Source of the DNA: Anaeramoeba ignava BMAN
Lineage: Eukaryota > Protista > Anaeramoebae
DNA: 64,000 nt
Direction: 5' to 3'
Assembly: GCA_028826165.1 (NCBI GenBank)
Contig: JAPDFW010000079.1
Coordinates: 124,001 to 188,000, forward strand
Shown here: piece after piece, positions 62,301-64,000 of the stretch
Position numbering within the stretch: position 1 is the stretch's first letter
Layout of the letters: every line of letters starts with the position of its first letter
Translations under genes and position numbers: made by a program
The notes under the pieces: generated by a model
The model's database searches: none
Seen by the model: the letters and a program-made list of their open reading frames with translations, nothing else
Told to the model about the DNA's origin: nothing

Positions 62301-64000
62301 AAATAATCCAAATAAGAAATTATAGTTTTCTTGCATAATTATTTGTAAATGCAATAAAAAAAGGTTTCTTTTTGCTTTTCTTTCATCTTCATCTTGATTC
62401 TTTTCATTTTTTTCAATTTCATTTTTTTCGATTTCATTTTTTTCGATTTCATTTTTTTCAATTTCATTTTTTTCAATTTCATTTTTTTCAATTTCATTTA
62501 AATTTTGATTTTGATTTTGATTTTGATTTTGATTTTGATTTTGATTTTGATTTTGATTTTGATTTTGATTTTGATTTTGATTTAAATTTTGATTTTGATT
62601 TTGATTTTCATTTTGATTTTGATTTTGATTTTGATTTTGATTTTGATTTTGATTTTGATTTTGATTTTGATTTTGATTTTGATTTTCATTTTGATTTTGA
62701 TTTTGATTTAAATTTTGATTTTGATTTTGATTTTGATTTTGATTTAAATTTTGATTTTGATTTTGATTTTGATTTTGATTTTGATTTTGATTTTGATTTT
62801 GATTTAAATTTTGATTTAAATTTTGATTTTGATTTTGATTTTCATTTTGATTTTGATTTTGATTTTGATTTTGATTTTGATTTTGATTTTGATTTTGATT
62901 TTGATTTTGATTTTCATTTTGATTTTCATTTTCATTTTGATTTAAATTTTGATTTTGATTTTGATTTTGAATATAAGAAAATAAAAATGATAAGCAAATT
63001 GTAATTAATTCTTGAGAATTTCGAATTGAAGATGCTTTGAAATTTAATGGCGAATTAATCATTTCAGACAATTTCGAAAGAAGAAGATTAGTAGTTTGAA
63101 TATTTGAGTTTGGAATTGTTGCAAAAATCAAGAAAATGATAATTTTATAAATTGCTCTTTTTTCTTTCTTTTTTTTGAATCGAATTCCTTTTTCTTTGAA
63201 AAATCCAATTTTTTCTAAAATGGGAAGTAAATTTTTTAAAATTTCTTTTTTTCCAAATAAATCAAATTTAACCTCAAAAATATTGTTTAAGTTTGTTTTT
63301 GTGTTTAAGTTGAGATTGTGTTTTGTTTTTTTTGCTTTTTTTGCTTTTTTTGTTTTGAGGATTTTTGTAAAATGTTTTGAAAATGTTGATTGAATAAATT
63401 GGTTTTGTGGTTGTTTTTCTGATTGTTTGACCTCAATTCCATTTTTAGATAGATTAAAACTAATTCCATTTAATACTTTTAATAAGTAAAATAAATTATT
63501 GATAAAATTTTTATTTTGCCTTTTGGAATTCTTATTGTAGATATTTTTGCTGTCATTTTGCTTTTTTGAACGATGATTGATATCTTCGAAAATATCATGA
63601 ATTATTGTTTCAATTATTTTGGGGATTGTCTCCTTGTTTGTTGCTGAAAAATGAACCAAAGAAACGGATGAAAGAAAATTTTCGAATATTTCTGGGAAAT
63701 TGTAAGATGGATTATGGAAGCAATAAATAAATAACAACTTGAACATTTTGAAGATGATCTCATTAACGTTATCTTGATGCTGATTTTCGTTGCTAAGCTC
63801 ATTTTGGTTTGGTTCGAATTGATAATGCAGAAAGTTTATTAGATAGAGAAGCAATTTTTGCCATCCAAATTGAGAAAGAATCTTCTCTTTATTCAAATTG
63901 CTTTCTACCATTAGGAAGTATAATTTGTGCAAGTGTAGAATATCGACTAGATTTGGAGAGTAATTCAAAATTTCGCAAATTGTTTGCAAAATACATGGAT
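59376..64000 (-). CDS. BEACH-domain protein (PH-BEACH-WD40, neurobeachin/LYST-like); 5' end beyond the window
   Basis: [89 protein letters not shown], then WD40 repeats. Confidence 0.95.
   Translation of the reverse strand, partial: [1540 protein letters not shown]

Noticed and set aside
59737-63802. Small ORFs overlapping the BEACH gene
   Set aside because: Antisense or alternate-frame shadows without recognisable motifs.
1-64000. Inteins, transposases, rRNA or tRNA genes
   Set aside because: No Hint or homing-endonuclease motifs, transposase ORFs or conserved RNA gene signatures were recognised by eye; highly divergent ones cannot be excluded without HMM/CM searches.

Overview
An extremely AT-rich, intron-rich eukaryotic window using the standard genetic code and GT-AG introns. 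The N/Q-rich low-complexity tracts and TCATTT initiator-like motifs resemble an Anaeramoeba-like metamonad or similar protist; this taxon call is inference only. About 19 protein genes were read, several missed or fragmented by the ORF track: 5' part of a USP9X/24/34-type deubiquitinase, a Mn-type CDF transporter, a 63-aa orphan ORF, an acid lipase, a PH-RasGAP, two tandem P5C dehydrogenases, an active myotubularin, APC13, convergent DPH1 and DPH2, a PH-PH-RUN protein with a 5.3-kb repeat-filled first intron, a Nudix hydrolase, a 30-exon armadillo-repeat gene, a divergent actin, three tandem secreted beta-propeller surface proteins and the 3' part of a BEACH-WD40 gene. The most striking structure is the ARM gene (42540-48584). 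Its 26 internal repeat exons are flanked by phase-1 introns, 24 of them are exactly 129 nt (one 43-aa repeat each), and it shows recent and higher-order exon duplication plus variable helix-3 residues. It is a candidate exon-modular variable-recognition system. Also notable: a mosaic surface-protein array with a duplicated multi-hairpin spacer element, paralogous P5CDHs differing near the substrate site, quasi-palindromic bidirectional promoters, poly-A splice acceptors and two ~161-bp tandem arrays. No rRNA, tRNA, CRISPR array, intein or transposon was recognised.
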